A stretch of 64,000 nt of DNA from Hyaloraphidium curvatum SAG 235-1. Taxonomy: Eukaryota; Fungi; Monoblepharomycota. How positions within the stretch are numbered: the stretch's first letter is position 1; every line of letters begins with the position of its first letter. The stretch is taken from positions 558,001 to 622,000 of the forward strand of contig JAIVFI010000010.1 of the NCBI GenBank assembly GCA_025558095.1, written 5' to 3'. A program made the translations under genes and the position numbers. Shown here one piece after another: positions 12,612-26,154 of the stretch. The notes beneath the pieces are model-generated. The model had not been told where the DNA came from and did not search any database. It worked only from the letters and a program-made list of their open reading frames with translations.

Positions 12612-14105
12612 CTATTTGCGGCCCCGCGACGGCACCGGGAAAACCAGCGGGACCGTGAGAACAGCTCGGAGAACCTGCTGGGCCGGTGCCTTGCCACCAT
12701 CCTTGGGGGGTGCCTTCTTCACCATTTTGCACCCGACGTATTTGGCCAAGTCGGCGACCCTGGCGCGCAATGCGGGGTCGGCATCCCATCGGATAGCAAC
12801 GGGCATCCCTCACTTTTTCAGGCTCTGCTTGAGATCCTTTGCGACCTGCGTCAAATCTACGTCGAAGTTTTCGAGGGCAAGGAACGCCACTATGATGTAG
12901 CACGCGAGCTTGTCCTTGAGCTGGGAGGTTACGCCGTAGCTCGGCTTTGCCGGATCGTCGCCTCGCTGCATGGCGAACCGGTCGAGCAAAGACTGTGCCA
13001 GGGAGGTCGGCACGCCCCCTAGTCGCGCCGCCAGGGAGGCCGATCCCTGGTAGGATTTGTTTGGTCCGCCGAGGATTGCATAGAGCTGGACCAGGATGGC
13101 CACGTAAACGAGCCTCTTGACCCTATCCTTGCTCCTCTGTCCCTTCGGGTTGCTAAGCTCCTTGTCCAGGAGCGAATGGCAGAAGGAGTCCTGAACGATG
13201 CTTGCGATCGTGTCAGCTGGTGTGGCGGCAAAGCGGCCGCGGAGCTAACCCGTAAGACTGCAGGATCGGTTTGTAGTCGGCGGCCCCCCAGAGTTCCGCA
13301 ATGTCCACATCTGCCAGCTCGCCGGGCACGAAGACGGCATCCAGCTCGTAGGCATCCTCGGGTTTTGCCGCGTTCAGGTTGTGCGGCGGGACCGTCGGCC
13401 GCGAGCCGCCTTCGCCGCCATCCGCCGCGACTGAGGATTCAAGTTAGAGGACGAGCGGCATCAGGGGAGAGGCAGAGGGGTCACCTGCTGGAACCGACTT
13501 GGCCACCCTGTTCTCAATCACCGTGGAGACGAGGTCAACCACCTCCCCCATATTGTCCATCTCCACCTGATTCCGCTCGTAGCTCCGGATCTGCTGCTGC
13601 CGCTTCTTGCTGCCAAAGGCTTCCCCGAGGACGTTCCTGGCGTCCAGGTTCTTCCGCCGTGGCGTGGCAGAAGGCGCGGCGTTCCCCGCGGCTGCCGCGG
13701 CCTTGACGGAGCGAGAGGCTCTAAAGACCGGCGCATGCCGCAGCGTCGTCGCCTTTGTCTCCGGATCGTAGACCGCCACAAGGTATCTGCACACCGGGGG
13801 GTTGGCGACCCGTGTCCGAGGGAGACCAGGCAACCGATTCACCTCGCCTGCAGCTCGTCATCGGGATTCGTCACCCCGCTGAGGACAACCCTGTCCGTCT
13901 CGGCGACGGCCAGCCGCCTGCGCTTGCGTTCGGGGCCCCCGGCGGATTCGAACACGTCGAACACCGCGTCTGCCGGACGGGCCATTGCGGGCAGAATCGC
14001 GAGCAGCGGGCCCTGCGGCGCGCTGCCCGCGTGCGACCCGCGCTCCTGCGAGGGCCGGGCGCCGCCTGGCCGGTCTGCCGGTGCCGTTCGCGGGGCCTTC
14101 TCCAT
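12612..14105 (-). CDS. RPA49: RNA polymerase I subunit A49/PAF53
   Basis: YLVAVYDPETKATTL; ARNVLGEAFGSKKRQQQIRSYERNQV; KDKLACYIIVAFLALENFDVDLTQVAKDLK. Confidence 0.85.
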
Positions 14106-14181
14106 TGTTTGTGTTATTGGTAGGGTCGTGGCGTCCCGCGCGTCTGCAGCCCTTTCCGTGACTGCTTTAGTGGAGACCGCC

Positions 14182-15755
14182 ATGACGTTCCTGTACGGCG
14201 GCGACGAGGTCGGCGCGCTGGTGCTCGACGTCGGCAGCGCGGCGACGCGCGCCGGGTGGGCCGGCGAGGACGGCCCGCGCGCGGTGTTCCCGTCGGCCGT
14301 CGGGCGGCCGCCGCGCGACGCGGACGGCGACGCGCAAATGGCCGACGGGCCGGACGACGCGGACGCGCAGAAGCCGCGGAAGCGCCGCGCAAACATCGCG
14401 GTCGGCGACACCGAGGTCAACTGCTGGCGCGCGGGCATGGAGGTGCGCTCGCCGCTGAAGGACGGGCTCGGTGAGCGCGCCGCCCGCCGCACCGCGATCG
14501 GCGCTGAATGCCCGCAGTCGACGACTGGGACACGCTGGAGGCGCTGTGGGACCACGTGTTTTACCAGTCGCTGGACGTGAACCCCGCCGAGCACCCCCTG
14601 CTGGTCACGGAAACGGCGTGGAACACGACCGAGCTGCGCGAGCGCCTCACGGAGCTCGCCTTCGAGAAGTACAACGTGCCGGCTTTCTTCGTGGCCAAAG
14701 ACGCGGTCCTGGCCGCCTTTGCCGCCGGCCGGTCGAACGGCCTCGTGTTGAGCTGCGGAGCGTCCATGACGAGCGCCGTGCCCGTGTACGAGGGCTACGC
14801 GCTCAAGAAAGGTGGGTTGCGGGGTGCACGCTCCCAGGAGCGCGCTGATCCTTGCGCCAGGCGTGGTGAAGCAGGCCTTGGCCGGGGATGCCGTCTCGGA
14901 ACAGGCACTGGAGCTGCTCAAGTCTCGTTACGAGCTCGATGTAGTGCCGCAGTACATGATCAAAAGCAAGGAAGTCAGCACGGCCGGCATGCCCGCCAAG
15001 TTCACCACCCGTGACCGGCCAGGCACGACGGACAGTTTCCACCGTCTGCAAGTCATGGTTAGGGCATCGGAGCGGCCTTTTTTCCCACCGACTAACGCTG
15101 ATATTATGTTATAGCGTGCCGTCAATGATTGGAAGGAAACCGTTTGCCAGGTGGCTGAAACGAGCTACGATGAAAAGTGAGCATACGCACTGAAAGCTGC
15201 CCGGGAACCAATTCCTGACCAAGCGCCTCCAGTGCCGTCGCGAATCGCCCACCGCGCCTTTATGAATTCCCAAGTGGCTATAATAATCAGTTCGGAAAGG
15301 AGCGCTACGAGGCACCCGAGGTTCTCTTCAATCCGAAGCGGTTCCTCGCCGGGACGGACTGCATGCCGATCCAGCAGCTCGTGGCCTCTTCCATCGCCGC
15401 CTGCGACGTGGACTTGAGGTCCACGCTGTGGGGCAACGTGATTCTCACAGGCGGGAGCACGTCGGTCCAGGGGTTCGCGGAGCGCCTCAACCGGGAGCTG
15501 TTCCAGTACGCACCCGCGGTACGTGGCGTTGCGCCGACGTTCGGGCTCTCTTTTTCCGGGCTCCGCGCTCATTTTTGCTCGCCGCAACAGCCGAAGGTGC
15601 GCCTGCACCTGCCGTCCAACTCGGCGGAGAGGAGATTCGGATCTTGGATCGGCGGATCGATCCTGGCGTCGCTGGGCACGTTCCAACAGCTCTGGATCTC
15701 GAAACAAGAGTTCCAGGAGGCAGGCGCATCGATCGTCGAGAAACGGTGTAGCTAG
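14182..15755 (+). CDS. ARP4: Actin-related protein 4 (Arp4/BAF53)
   Basis: YGGDEVGALVLDVGS; EHPLLVTETAWN; ERRFGSWIGGSILASLGTFQQLWISKQEF. Confidence 0.95.
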
Positions 15756-15987
15756 ATCGAGGGGGTCACGATTCGGATACCATTCGGGGCCTTGTTGTGT
15801 TGTTGATGATGACTCGGCATCCCCGATTTTTCGAGTTTACCAGGAGACTACACGATACACCGACCGGGACTCCATAGCGGACCTGTCCCGTGGGTTCGTC
15901 AATACCCGATCAACGTCCTTTCAGCGGGGCGTCGGACCGGGACTGCACAGCCACCCGCTTTCACGACGCTCTCCCGCAGCGCTCGCA

Positions 15988-16787
15988 ATGGACGCGTCCG
16001 CGCTCGAAACGCGTCTGAAGGAGCTCATGGGACTCAAAAAAGACCTGGAGGACCAGGTCGAGGAGCAAATGGAGCTCCTGCACGCGCAGGGCGTCGGCAT
16101 GACCGACTCGCTCGTGACGCCGGACGGCTTCCCGCGGTCGGACGTGGACTTGTACGTCGTTCGGAACGCCCGGCAGCAGATCATTCGGCTGCGGAACGAT
16201 GTGAACGGCACGATGGCGGAGATCTCCCGTCTGCTCGAAGAGCTCCATTCGCAGAGGAGGAAGGAAGCGGGGAGCAAGGCTGGAGCGGAACCTGTTGCGG
16301 GCCATTCGGAAGCTGCGTCGCAAGCACGGGAGCCGAAGGCGCTCGCGATCATTACGGGTGTGGCACCGGGGAGTCCCGCAGACGGCAAGTTTCTTCGTGG
16401 TCTCTGTTCGGCGGGAAGCCTGAGCCACACTCCCTTGCCCTCGCTTGCCTCCAGACGCAGGTTTGAAGGTACGGTCGGAACTTCTGTGGCAGCCTCGTCG
16501 GCCTTTGGGACTCACTGCTTCCGCAGCGCGAAGACGTCATTCTCTCCATCGCTTCGATCGTGGAGGCCAAAGAGTGGGAACCGAGTCCCTGGCCAGTCGC
16601 GGCGCATGCTGATCGCCTCTTTCCTTTCAGCCTGGCAGCTTTCATGAAGGACAAGGAGGGGGTGCCGATCGACTTCCGAATACGCCGCGGAGATCGTACC
16701 TTCACATCTGCCGTAACTCCGCGAACGAGCGTGGCCGGCCAGTGGAAGGGTCTGCTCGGCATCGCGATGTCTTTGAGCAAAGAGTGA
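15988..16787 (+). CDS. NAS2: Proteasome assembly chaperone Nas2/PSMD9 (PDZ)
   Basis: GVGMTDSLVTPDGFPRSDVDLYVVRNARQQIIRLRND; GVAPGSPA..AGLK; WKGLLG. Confidence 0.9.
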
Positions 16788-16872
16788 ACGATCGCCGACT
16801 CTTGTATCGAAAGAGAAGACGTCGGTGCGAAGATTGTCGATCCATCTCGCCGCCTTCGTCCGCAACCGACAA

Positions 16873-19800
16873 ATGTCGCTGCTCGAGACGCCGGCCGAAA
16901 CGCCGGTCGAGTCGCCCGGCATTGGACCTGCGGATGCCGGGCAGGGAGCCGACAGGGCCAACGGCGGGTTTCGGCCGAAGGAGGAACCTGTGGAGCCGCC
17001 GGACACCGTGAAGATGGAGGAACCCCTCCCCGCCGCTTCTCTGCCGGACTCGCTGCCATCGCCCCCGTCGGATGCGGCTCCCGTGGCAGACATGCCCCCC
17101 AAAGCTGAGGAGGAGGGTGGAAGTGCTCCCGCGCTCTCCGTGGCCGTCAAGACCGAACCGGAACCGGACGGGGGAGATGGTGCTGCCCTCCCCATTTCGC
17201 GGCCGAGCGAGCCCTCCACACCGCGCTCGGTGGACTGGCGGCTGAAGTTCGAGGCCATTGTGGAGAATGAGTACCGTGGCGGCACGGAAGGCCGGGCGCG
17301 GGGAATGGCGGAGGACATGCCGTGCGAATGCCAGTACAACGAGAGTGAGCCGTCGGCACCGGGCAGCCAGGAGACGGGCCCTACAGCGCTTTTTCAGGTC
17401 GACCCAGCGATGCCTGCGGCGAGAGTTCCGAATGCATCAACCGCGAGCTCTACATCGAGTGCACGTCGTGCCCGTGCCGGCACCACTGCCAGAACAAGAG
17501 GTCTGAGGGATTCACCCCTGCTAGCTTCAAGTCTGACGATGGCGTGCTTGGCCTTCAGATTCCAAAGGCATCAGTACGCCGCGGTCGAGGTCTTCGAGGC
17601 CGGCAAGAAGGGTCTCGGCATCAGGGCCCTCCAGGACCTGCCGAGGTGGGCTGCTCACCGACGGTCCGGGACTCGGGCTCATCTCTCGATGACAGCGGCA
17701 CCTTCGTCTTCGAGTACGTCGGGGAGGTCATCCCGACCCACACCTTCCTCAAGCGGACGCAGCAGTACGCGAGGGACAGTTCGGAGCACTTCTACTTCAT
17801 GAGCCTGACTTCGAACGAGGTATGCCAACTCGCGGAGGGGTGTTTTATCGGCATTCACCGGTCTTCAACAGGTCATCGATGCCACGAAGAAGGGGAGCAT
17901 AGCGCGGTTCGTGAATCACTCCTGCGATCCCAACTGCGCAACGCAAAAGTGGATCGTCCGCGGACGCTTCCGAATCGGTATCTTCACCACAAAGTTCGTC
18001 GCCAAGGGCGAGGAGTTGTCCTTCGACTACCAGTTCCAGCGGTACGGGCAGGAGGCGCAGAAGTGCTACTGCGGCACGGCGAAATGCCGGGGATTCATTG
18101 GAGGAGACAAGAGTTCGGAGTTACCCGACTTTGAGGCGCTTGGCATCGACGAAGGTGGTTGCTGTTGTTGTTCCTTCCTGGCGCTTTGCTGACCGTGTGC
18201 CCAGATTCCGAAGACGAGGACGACCGTCGCCCTGCAAAGAGCAAGAAGGCGAAGGAACCGGTACGTTCTGTCCGATCTTCCAGTTTCGAATGCACAGGTG
18301 ACCGTTCCATTCCCCAACAGGCGCCGATGCGCAGCTTGGAGACCAAGGAGGACGTCATGAAGCTCATCCGGGTCCTGACGCGGTCCGCCGACGCCAGGCC
18401 GTCGAAAGTGCGGAAGCTTCTGGACCGTTTGGAGGCGACAACGTCGATTGGCGTCTGGCGCGAGTTCCTGCGTTTTCGCGGCATGACGCAGCTGAAGGCG
18501 ATCCTCATGGACTCGGACGATTTTCAGCGGTGCTCGCAGGTTCGTCGCTCGGAAACGATACGGGATGAGACGGTTTCATAAGCGACGATTCCACCCAGGT
18601 GATGCGCATCGTCAAGCTGGTCCCGATTGCATCGAGGAACAGTAGCTCGCTCGTCGAGAGCCAGATCGAGTCGGTGGTACAGAGTTTCGTCGACAACCCC
18701 GACGCTGTGCTACGGCAGCAGGCGAGCGACATCCTCGAGGCTTGGAAAGCTCTCGAAGTGGTCTATAAGATTCCGAAGCGCATCGTGCAGGTGGGGCGAC
18801 GCGACGAAGGCTCGCATATGAAGTCTCTGAGGCCCATCGCTTTGGCAGGCCGATTCGACCCCCGAGGACGCGACAACACCCAAAACGCCAACGGATGGGC
18901 TCCAGAAGAGGAACTTGGACGACGCCTTCGGCAAGCGCGACGAGGATGCGGAGGCGAAGAAGCCGCGGCCCGACTCGGCGGATTCCGTGGCCGCGCCGTG
19001 GGCAAACGTCGCTTACCCCGAAGCGCCTTCCCGGAGGCGGAGTCTCGGCCCGCCACCCCCGAAGGTGGACCGGTACGTCCCATCCGACGCACCGCGGCGC
19101 ACGGATTCGGACCGTCGGTCGGAAGCGGACAGGGATGATGCGCGGAGGCTGCGGGATGCTGCAAAGACCCCCGAGGAGCCACAGCCCGGCATGGAGCCGA
19201 ACGCCGGCGAGGACATGCCGCAGGAAGTGTACGCCGAACCGGTACCGGGATGCCCCGGTTGGCTGCGGATGCTGGACCCCATGACTCAGATCTTCTACTA
19301 CCTGCACGAGATCACCGGGGAGACCCTGTGGGATCCTCCGCCTGGCGCGGAGTACAATGGGATGGGTGGTGACATGGACGGGGCCCGAGATGCGGGCGAC
19401 GGTGCGGTAGCGGAGGATGGTCGGCCGAGGGAACGGGAAGACCGGAGCAGGGATTCGCGTGCATCCCACGGACGTGAGAACGGGCGATCCCATTCCTCGT
19501 CGCACAGCAAGCGGCCGCGCGACGGGTCGGAGAAGCGGAAGCAGCTGAGCGCGGAAAAGCAGAAGAAGCTGCTCGTCCACGTGGGTGCCCGCGACGCGTC
19601 ATGGGCGTCGCTTCCTGGAGCTCACCGCATACATCAGTTCGCATCCACGGTTTCTAGACTGCTCAGCAAGTGGAAGAACGAGATGGACCGGGACCAGTTC
19701 AAGTACCTTGCCAAGAAGGTGGGCTGGCATAGCTTGCGTGCGATATCGCCCACGGCTGACAAGTGCGGTCTGGCTGCAGATCACGGAAACCTTGGTCGAG

Positions 19801-20055
19801 AAGGAGTCGCGGGAGGCCGACCCGGCCGTGAAACCGACGAGCGAGACGGAGGCAAAGATCAAAAAGTACATCACGGGGTACATGGAGCGGCTCAAGTCGG
19901 ATCCAAAGTACCCGGCCAACATCAAGAAGCTGCCACCCAAGGTTCCAAACGGGGACGCGGCGGACGGTGCTGCAGGGAACAGGACCCCGCAGGAGGACGA
20001 TGCGCCAGTGGCGGCGGACGGGGGGGAGGGCGGAGCTATGGAGGTGGACGCGTAG
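16873..20055 (+). CDS. SET2: Histone H3K36 methyltransferase Set2 (AWS-SET-postSET, WW, SRI)
   Basis: CINRELYIEC; EYVGEVI; ARFVNHSCDPNC; GEELSFDYQFQRYG; CYCGTAKCRGFIG; WW-like GWLRMLDPMTQIFYYLHEITGETLWDPP; SRI-like KITETLVEKE..KIKKYI. Confidence 0.95.
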
Positions 20056-20144
20056 GAGGGGAGTGGACACTGAGGATCATGGATGATTTATTCCACAGGA
20101 TTGCTAGCTTGGCACTGTCACAGATGTAATTCACCGGATGTCGA

Positions 20145-20581
20145 TTACTGAGGCTCGGAGCCCGTGAAGCTCGACGAGAGCGATTTCGGCTTCACGCTGC
20201 GCATCGGCCGTCAGTCCCGGCTGGGAAGTATCGAGGCAACGAGCGACGGAACGCACTTCTGGAGGAAGTTCTTCTTCTTGGTCATCAGCTTCTGCGTCGT
20301 CGGGGACATCATGTTGTCCGTCGGGCTCATGAAGGTGCTGCCGGGCGGGTATGGGTCACATTGTTCCGAGGAGCGGGAGCACGGGGCCACCCCGCTGGGA
20401 GCGCAACGCACCCGTCGCCCTTCTTCTGCTGGACCTTTGCAAGCGGGTGCTTGTGGTGCAGCGGCATCATCTTGGGCCCGTCCGCGCCCAGCGGTGCCGG
20501 GGGCTCAGCGGCGGCGGCATTTGCTTTCGACGGCGACGTCTTGAGCGCGGGGTCGGTGCTGCCGCTCGCGGAGGAGGCCAT
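20145..20581 (-). CDS. SPO12: Spo12-family protein
   Basis: FMSPTDNMMSPTTQKL followed by a basic stretch (SPxDxxxSPCxxKL-type motif). Confidence 0.75.
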
Positions 20582-20813
20582 CGGAGGGACGGGGGGACGA
20601 CTTGGGCGGGAGGTGGGATGCGGTGCGGGCGCGGGCGTTCCGGGGGCGCGGCGCGGGGAGCGTGTCGGTAAGAGCGCCGACCGGCAGGCGGCGCCGCAGC
20701 GCGTGCTCACTGCGGGCGGGGCGCGATATGATTCGGGGGATGCGGTTGGCGTGTGCGCGTGATCGGACTGCTCACTCCGCGGTCTCCGTCCTCGCACCCC
20801 GCGGCATGCGCCG

Positions 20814-21799
20814 ATGAGCGCGTCGTCGCCGTCGCGGCCCGCGCGGCCCGCCGGCGTGTATGTGCCGAGGCACCGGCGCGAGGCCGCGGAGGAGGAGCGC
20901 GACCGCGAAGTCGCCCAAAAGAGCGACGCGGAGGGGGGCGCCGTGCGGCGCCGCGGCCGCGGCACTTTCGAGGCGCCTTCGAGAGGCACGCAGAAGCTGC
21001 GCACGGAGGGCCTCAAGTCGGCCAGGGACTTTGACGCGACCTCGCTCCGGACTTACCCCGCGGAGAGGCCGGAGAGGCAGGAACGGCTGAAGAAGACGGA
21101 CGTGGACGCGCTGGCCGGTCGCGTCGCCAATTCGTTGGCGCTCGACGGGAGCGCGAAGGACGCTGCTGCCGACGGCGAAGGAGAGACCTCGTGGGAGGAG
21201 CTGGCGAACAGTGTGCCCATCTCTCGGCCGTCGTCGGCTCCTACCGGTCCTCCGCGTGCCACTCCGTCCCGCAAACCCGTACACGTCGACGGGCTCGACG
21301 AGTCGGTCGCCCTCGAGTGTTCCGGCTTCCCTGCGTCGTGGAAGACGTACCACCTGGAGGCGGCATTCACCGACGTCGGAGTCGATAAGGACGCGTACCG
21401 GATCAAATGGGTCAACGATACGTCCGCCCTTATCGTGTTCCGGAGCTCCATTGCAGGTAGCTTGCGCCGCGGTGGAACGTGGGATCCCGCTGAATCGGTT
21501 GTACAGCAAAGCAAGCCTACGCCGCCGTCTGCACGAACCCCTTCTTCAAGGTCAGGGGCTACAAGGGCCAGTTGGACAACGACCGGCCTGCCGAGAACGA
21601 GGCACGGCCCGTAACTTCGGACGTTGTGGCACGGCGGCTGATTTCCGGCGCTTTGGGCATCGCCGCAAAGAAGCGGACGCCGGAGGAGAGAGCCACGGAG
21701 GATGCCAAGTTGAAGGAAGCGCAAGCCAAACGCGAACGGGAGGCACAGGCCCGACAGCAGCGGCAGCGCGATCTGGACGATGCTTTTGGAGAGTCTTGA
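20814..21799 (+). CDS. R3HCC1/R3HCC1L-like RRM and coiled-coil protein
   Basis: VYVPRHRR; ECSGFPASWKTYHL..YRIKWVNDTSALIVF; RPVTSDVVARRLISGALG. Confidence 0.8.
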
Positions 21800-21934
21800 T
21801 TCCTTCTGCACCATTCTTGGTCTTGGGCGCGTGAACCCCAAGGAGCAGGCTCAGAAGGCCACAGCCGGCCAGGTGGCCGAACCCCGGCACCACTTCGCAC
21901 AGGCATCGTGGGTATCATTCGCCATGCTCCCATG

Positions 21935-24347
21935 CTACACGAGGCCAACCGTTCCTATCCCATGCTCCTCTAGAAACGTGCGCGTAAGCGCGGCATCCGG
22001 CGGCCATTCCACGCCAACGATTACGCGGTAGGCCAGGGACCACACGTATGGCAGGCAGAACGCACTGCTCTCGGCCTTTGCCTCATACTGGAAGCGAAGT
22101 TCCGGAAAAGCCTTCAGCGTCCTCGGCGACCACTGCTTGGACCAAGCGTCTATGAGCGCCAGCACCTCTCCCGCGGAGGTGATTTTGAGAGTGGCATCAT
22201 CGACCTTGGCCATAAAGTACTTGGAAACGATCGAGATGTTGTCTACGAGGTCCGCCAGGCGTGGATGCGATCGATATTGCAGAAAGAGCTCGTGGCGGAG
22301 GAGGACGGCGTGCACAAGGTCGCGGTTCTGGTGTAGGTTGGTTGCCAGCACGGCGTTGATGATTTCGAGAAGGACGCTCAAGAGATCCTCGTAAATCGCT
22401 TTCTCTGGCGCGCTCTCTTCTGCACGGCCCCAGCGGCGCCCGACGGTCTCTATGAGCCTAGTCCGTGCGCGTTAGGCGGCAGCTGCGAGCGTGAGCGGGA
22501 TGTAGGGCTTACCCGACGAGCTTCTGGGCCACGTACGGGTGCATGTTGACGGACAAGCGGGCGAAGTTGGCGAGGGCCGCGACGCAGTTCGAGTGAAAGA
22601 AGAGATCCTGTTGCCCAACAGGTCACCGCGATGCTTCGCAGAGCCTCCGGCAACGCGTACCCGTCCGCTGCTCAGATTCGTGAGCAGGATCTTCATCAGC
22701 ACCAGCACGAGGAAATCCCCGAGGGAAAGGGTCTTGAACGCCGGGCGCTCCTTAAGCCACAACGGAGGCTGGATGGTGATCTGATAGCAGCGCCCGGCAA
22801 AGACGTCGTCCTGGCTGAACAGGAGGAGAATGATGAGCAGCATGTAGAGATGGGAGTAGGAAGGGTTGAGAGAGATGGTGCTGTACAGGGTCTTGGCCAG
22901 CGGCAGGAGCTAGGGTACCAGATCAGGAACGGTGCACATTGGGCAGCCCAGAATCACGCACCAGGGCCTCCGGCTCGCTGGTCGACAAGAGAAAGGATCG
23001 AAACTGCTCGTTGAGGTAAAGCAGCAGGTACAGTAAAAGCGACGTCTCCTCGTTGCTTTCGATTGCTCTGGGATATCGCTTTTAGCGGCGCAAGGAGCTG
23101 CGCAGTGGATGGCGTAGCTCACCTGCAAAGGACAGAGTAGACTTCCACGAAGCTCGGTGCTTCTTCATCCACGGCCCACGAGGCGAGCTCGTCCCTGAAT
23201 GGGTTGGGCGATTCTTCGTCTTTCTGCTGGAAAGCCAGGATAAGGAGGAGGATGATGGCACGCTCTCCGAGAGCTGCCGCAGCTTGGGGATCCAACGCCG
23301 CCGACGGCGAACCAAAGAACATGCTGAACGCGGACCCAAGCAGCCCTGGAACATCGTGAGACAATATGATGTACCAAGGAGCAGCCAATCCGCACCTGGA
23401 CTCGGTTGCGGCTTGGCAGAGGTCACGAAGAGCTGCAAGAGGCGACGCTGTAGCGGCTTGGCGCGATCTCTGCCGATGAGAGCGTTCGGAGAAACCACCA
23501 TGGAGAGAATGTAGTCCGACGCCGCGTCAGGCTTCTCCGACTTGAGCTGCGAAGAGCACAAGATGATGAGGGCACAAGTGGCCTCGGAGACCAATTTGCA
23601 TTGCTGTGCAGTCCTGAAGGGCGGTTCAATGACGGTTCGGCACGCATGCTGTAACAGCTCCCACCCCAGAGGCACTTCAATGACCAAGTCCATTAGCGAC
23701 AACAGAAGCTCCTTCCCACTGATATGGTTTTGGCCCTCCGTTGCGGCGCTTCCTAGCGATTCTGCGCAAACAGTAAGCCAGCGAAAGTTTGGTGTACGGT
23801 GCCCCAACCAAAGCGCGTTCGGAGGTGATCGGAGTCGAGAGCCTCGAACCAACTCCTCAACACTACAATGCAGACCACGATGCCGTTCGCAAGCGGTGAC
23901 AGGTCCCTTTCCAGACGTGGCGTCATTTACGATCTGTTCTGGCAGGTGAAAGACCGTACCCGCTGAACGCCTCATTCTGAGCCTGTCGGCACCGCCGGAC
24001 TACGAGATCGAGAAGACTCGCAAAATTGCGTGTAGCCGTATCCTCGATCGCTGGTTGGGGGCGTCAGCTGCCCCCAGACACGTGCCGTCGGCTCAGTCAC
24101 CGATTCGGCTTGCCGCCTTCTCCAAAGCCATGGCCTCGTCCCTTCAATGAATTGAGCCACGGCGATTCAAAAAGTCGTCGTGTCCGTACCGGGAGCTTAT
24201 GGTCTCTTGGGCCAACAGAGACAAGAGAGCTTCCTCCGAAACCGCCTCGGAGCGCAAGTACTGCAAGAGGCGGCCAACACGTTCCCCGACGGTCCCTTCC
24301 AATGGCAAGACGTGGACTTTGGCCGCGTCATTTTCATCACCCGGCAT
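21935..24347 (-). CDS. DYM: Dymeclin, multi-exon (start approximate)
   Basis: LLIILLLFSQDDVF; WLKER..LSLGDFLVLVL; LLEIINAVLATNLHQNRDLVHAVL; FPELRFQYE..FCLPYVWSL. Confidence 0.9.
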
Positions 24348-24456
24348 CGGCCATCGAAGTGTCCCGAAGGGGCGGCAGACGCTTGTCTACGGATTTGCGG
24401 ACGCGCGTCAACATCAGCTGCCCTCATCCTGGGCACCCACCGCATCATTCGTCGGA

Positions 24457-24917
24457 ATGTCCGGTTCGAAACAGGCAGACGCGGAGGAGATGGACGATTG
24501 GGAAGCAGCCGCTCCGATTCCGACCGACGATTCAGACGTGGCCTTCGCGGCGGACTCTGGCGCTCCGAGGTGGGCCCCCACCGTTCTTTTCAGTTCGGGG
24601 TACATATCTCATGGTCTCCCAGGATCGATTCGACTGCGATGGCAGAATCCGAGAAGTCCTTCAAATCCTTGGAAAAGGGGCCGCAGATCCAGATAATGAA
24701 AAGGCCAGGATCCACGGAGCCACAGTCGAGCCAGGGCCGAAAATCCCAGAGCCCGGCGCCGACGGATGCAGCGCAACAGCCGAAAAGCCTCCGGGAACGG
24801 GAAGAAGAGTACCGGCGTGCGAGAGAGCGCATCTTCGGATCCGAGGGAGGCCCAGCATCGGCGTCGGGACCTGCCAAGAGCGATGCGAAGCAAAGCAGCA
24901 CCAAACCGGGGAGCTGA
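24457..24917 (+). CDS. SUZ-domain protein (SZRD1-like)
   Basis: DDWE; PQIQIMKRP; KSLREREEEYRRARERIFGS. Confidence 0.85.
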
Positions 24918-24951
24918 TGGGTCTTATGAACCTGGCCGAGTCGCTCTGCCG

Positions 24952-25852
24952 CTACTCCCCTCCGTCTGCGAATGTTGCGACCTCCAGCAACCGGGAGAAC
25001 GATTGCCGGTCACTGCATGTGCGAAGCCGGACCTCGGAGTCGAGAATCGGGTCGAGACGGCCGAGGGTTCGGAGTATATCCCTCATGGAGCCTTTGGTAC
25101 GCTCAACGTGCTGGCGAACGTTGTTGAGCGCAATCAAGCCATCGGAATGGGAGTGAGCGACGTTGCTACGTTGGTGCATGGTGGTCGCAAGCTTGAGGCA
25201 GAAGTCATCGACCTCCTTGATGAGATCGGAGAGGAGCAGTTGGTCGTTTCTGACAACATCGCTGCACGCCTTCATGTGCGCTTGGATCCGGGACAGGAGA
25301 GCGGCTGCCGGTTGCGGATCGATGTTGCCTGGCAGGTCAGGGCGACGGTTAGGACGGCCACCGATGTCGCCATTGGCGCGCACCTGGAAGATCCGCCGAT
25401 GCGGACGTACTCGCAGTAGATGAGGAGACCCCCAGCATGTTCATGACGCTGAAACTGCTCTGTCCGGTCGAGATCGGGACTAGGGGGGAGAACTGTCCTT
25501 TGTCCGCATCAGCGGCAAGCAAGGTGAGGCCACGCCGTCGCACCTTGTCCAAGGCCGCCAATCGAGATTCCAGATCCGTGTCCCTCTGCTCTCTAGCCTC
25601 CTTCTGGCGCACGACGATGATCTCCGTCGGAGCGAGTGCCGATTCCGGCTCGACCTCGGTCGTTTCCGCTCCCACAACCATTGCCGGGCCGGGTACCGTT
25701 GATTCAGAGCCCTTTCTTGGCGTCGCCGAACTAGTCTCTGCGCTGAGCGGCGAGACGCTCTCCTCCTTCAAGGCGTCCAACAGGTCTCCTTCCAGGCTTT
25801 CCAGCGTGTCAGGGCGTCTCAAGCTCGGCGCCGGCCCAAAGGACGGTTTCAT
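24952..25852 (-). CDS. BORCS5: BORC subunit 5 (LOH12CR1-like)
   Basis: FSPLV..; IDPQPAAALLSRIQAHMKACSDVVRNDQLLLSDLIKEVD; LGRLDPILDSEVRL. Confidence 0.7.
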
Positions 25853-26154
25853 CCGTGTCGAAAACGCCCAGGAACCAAGGGCGACGCCGGAGAGGGAGAG
25901 ACCGCGCGCGCGGAAGTGAGATATCTCAGTCACACACTCCACTTTTGTATGCCTTCTCGTTTCCGCAGCGAGGTGAGCATCGGGACGAGAGTAGCCCACG
26001 CATCGGCCGAAGATGCAATTTTATACTATCAAGCTCAACAAACCGAGCTCCAACGGGGTTGTGACGAGCTCTCTTCTTGTCTGAGGCTCTCCCGGCGACG
26101 GTGGCATGTTTGTCGTGGGGACGGCACTAACTCAACGCATCCCAGGGCCAACGT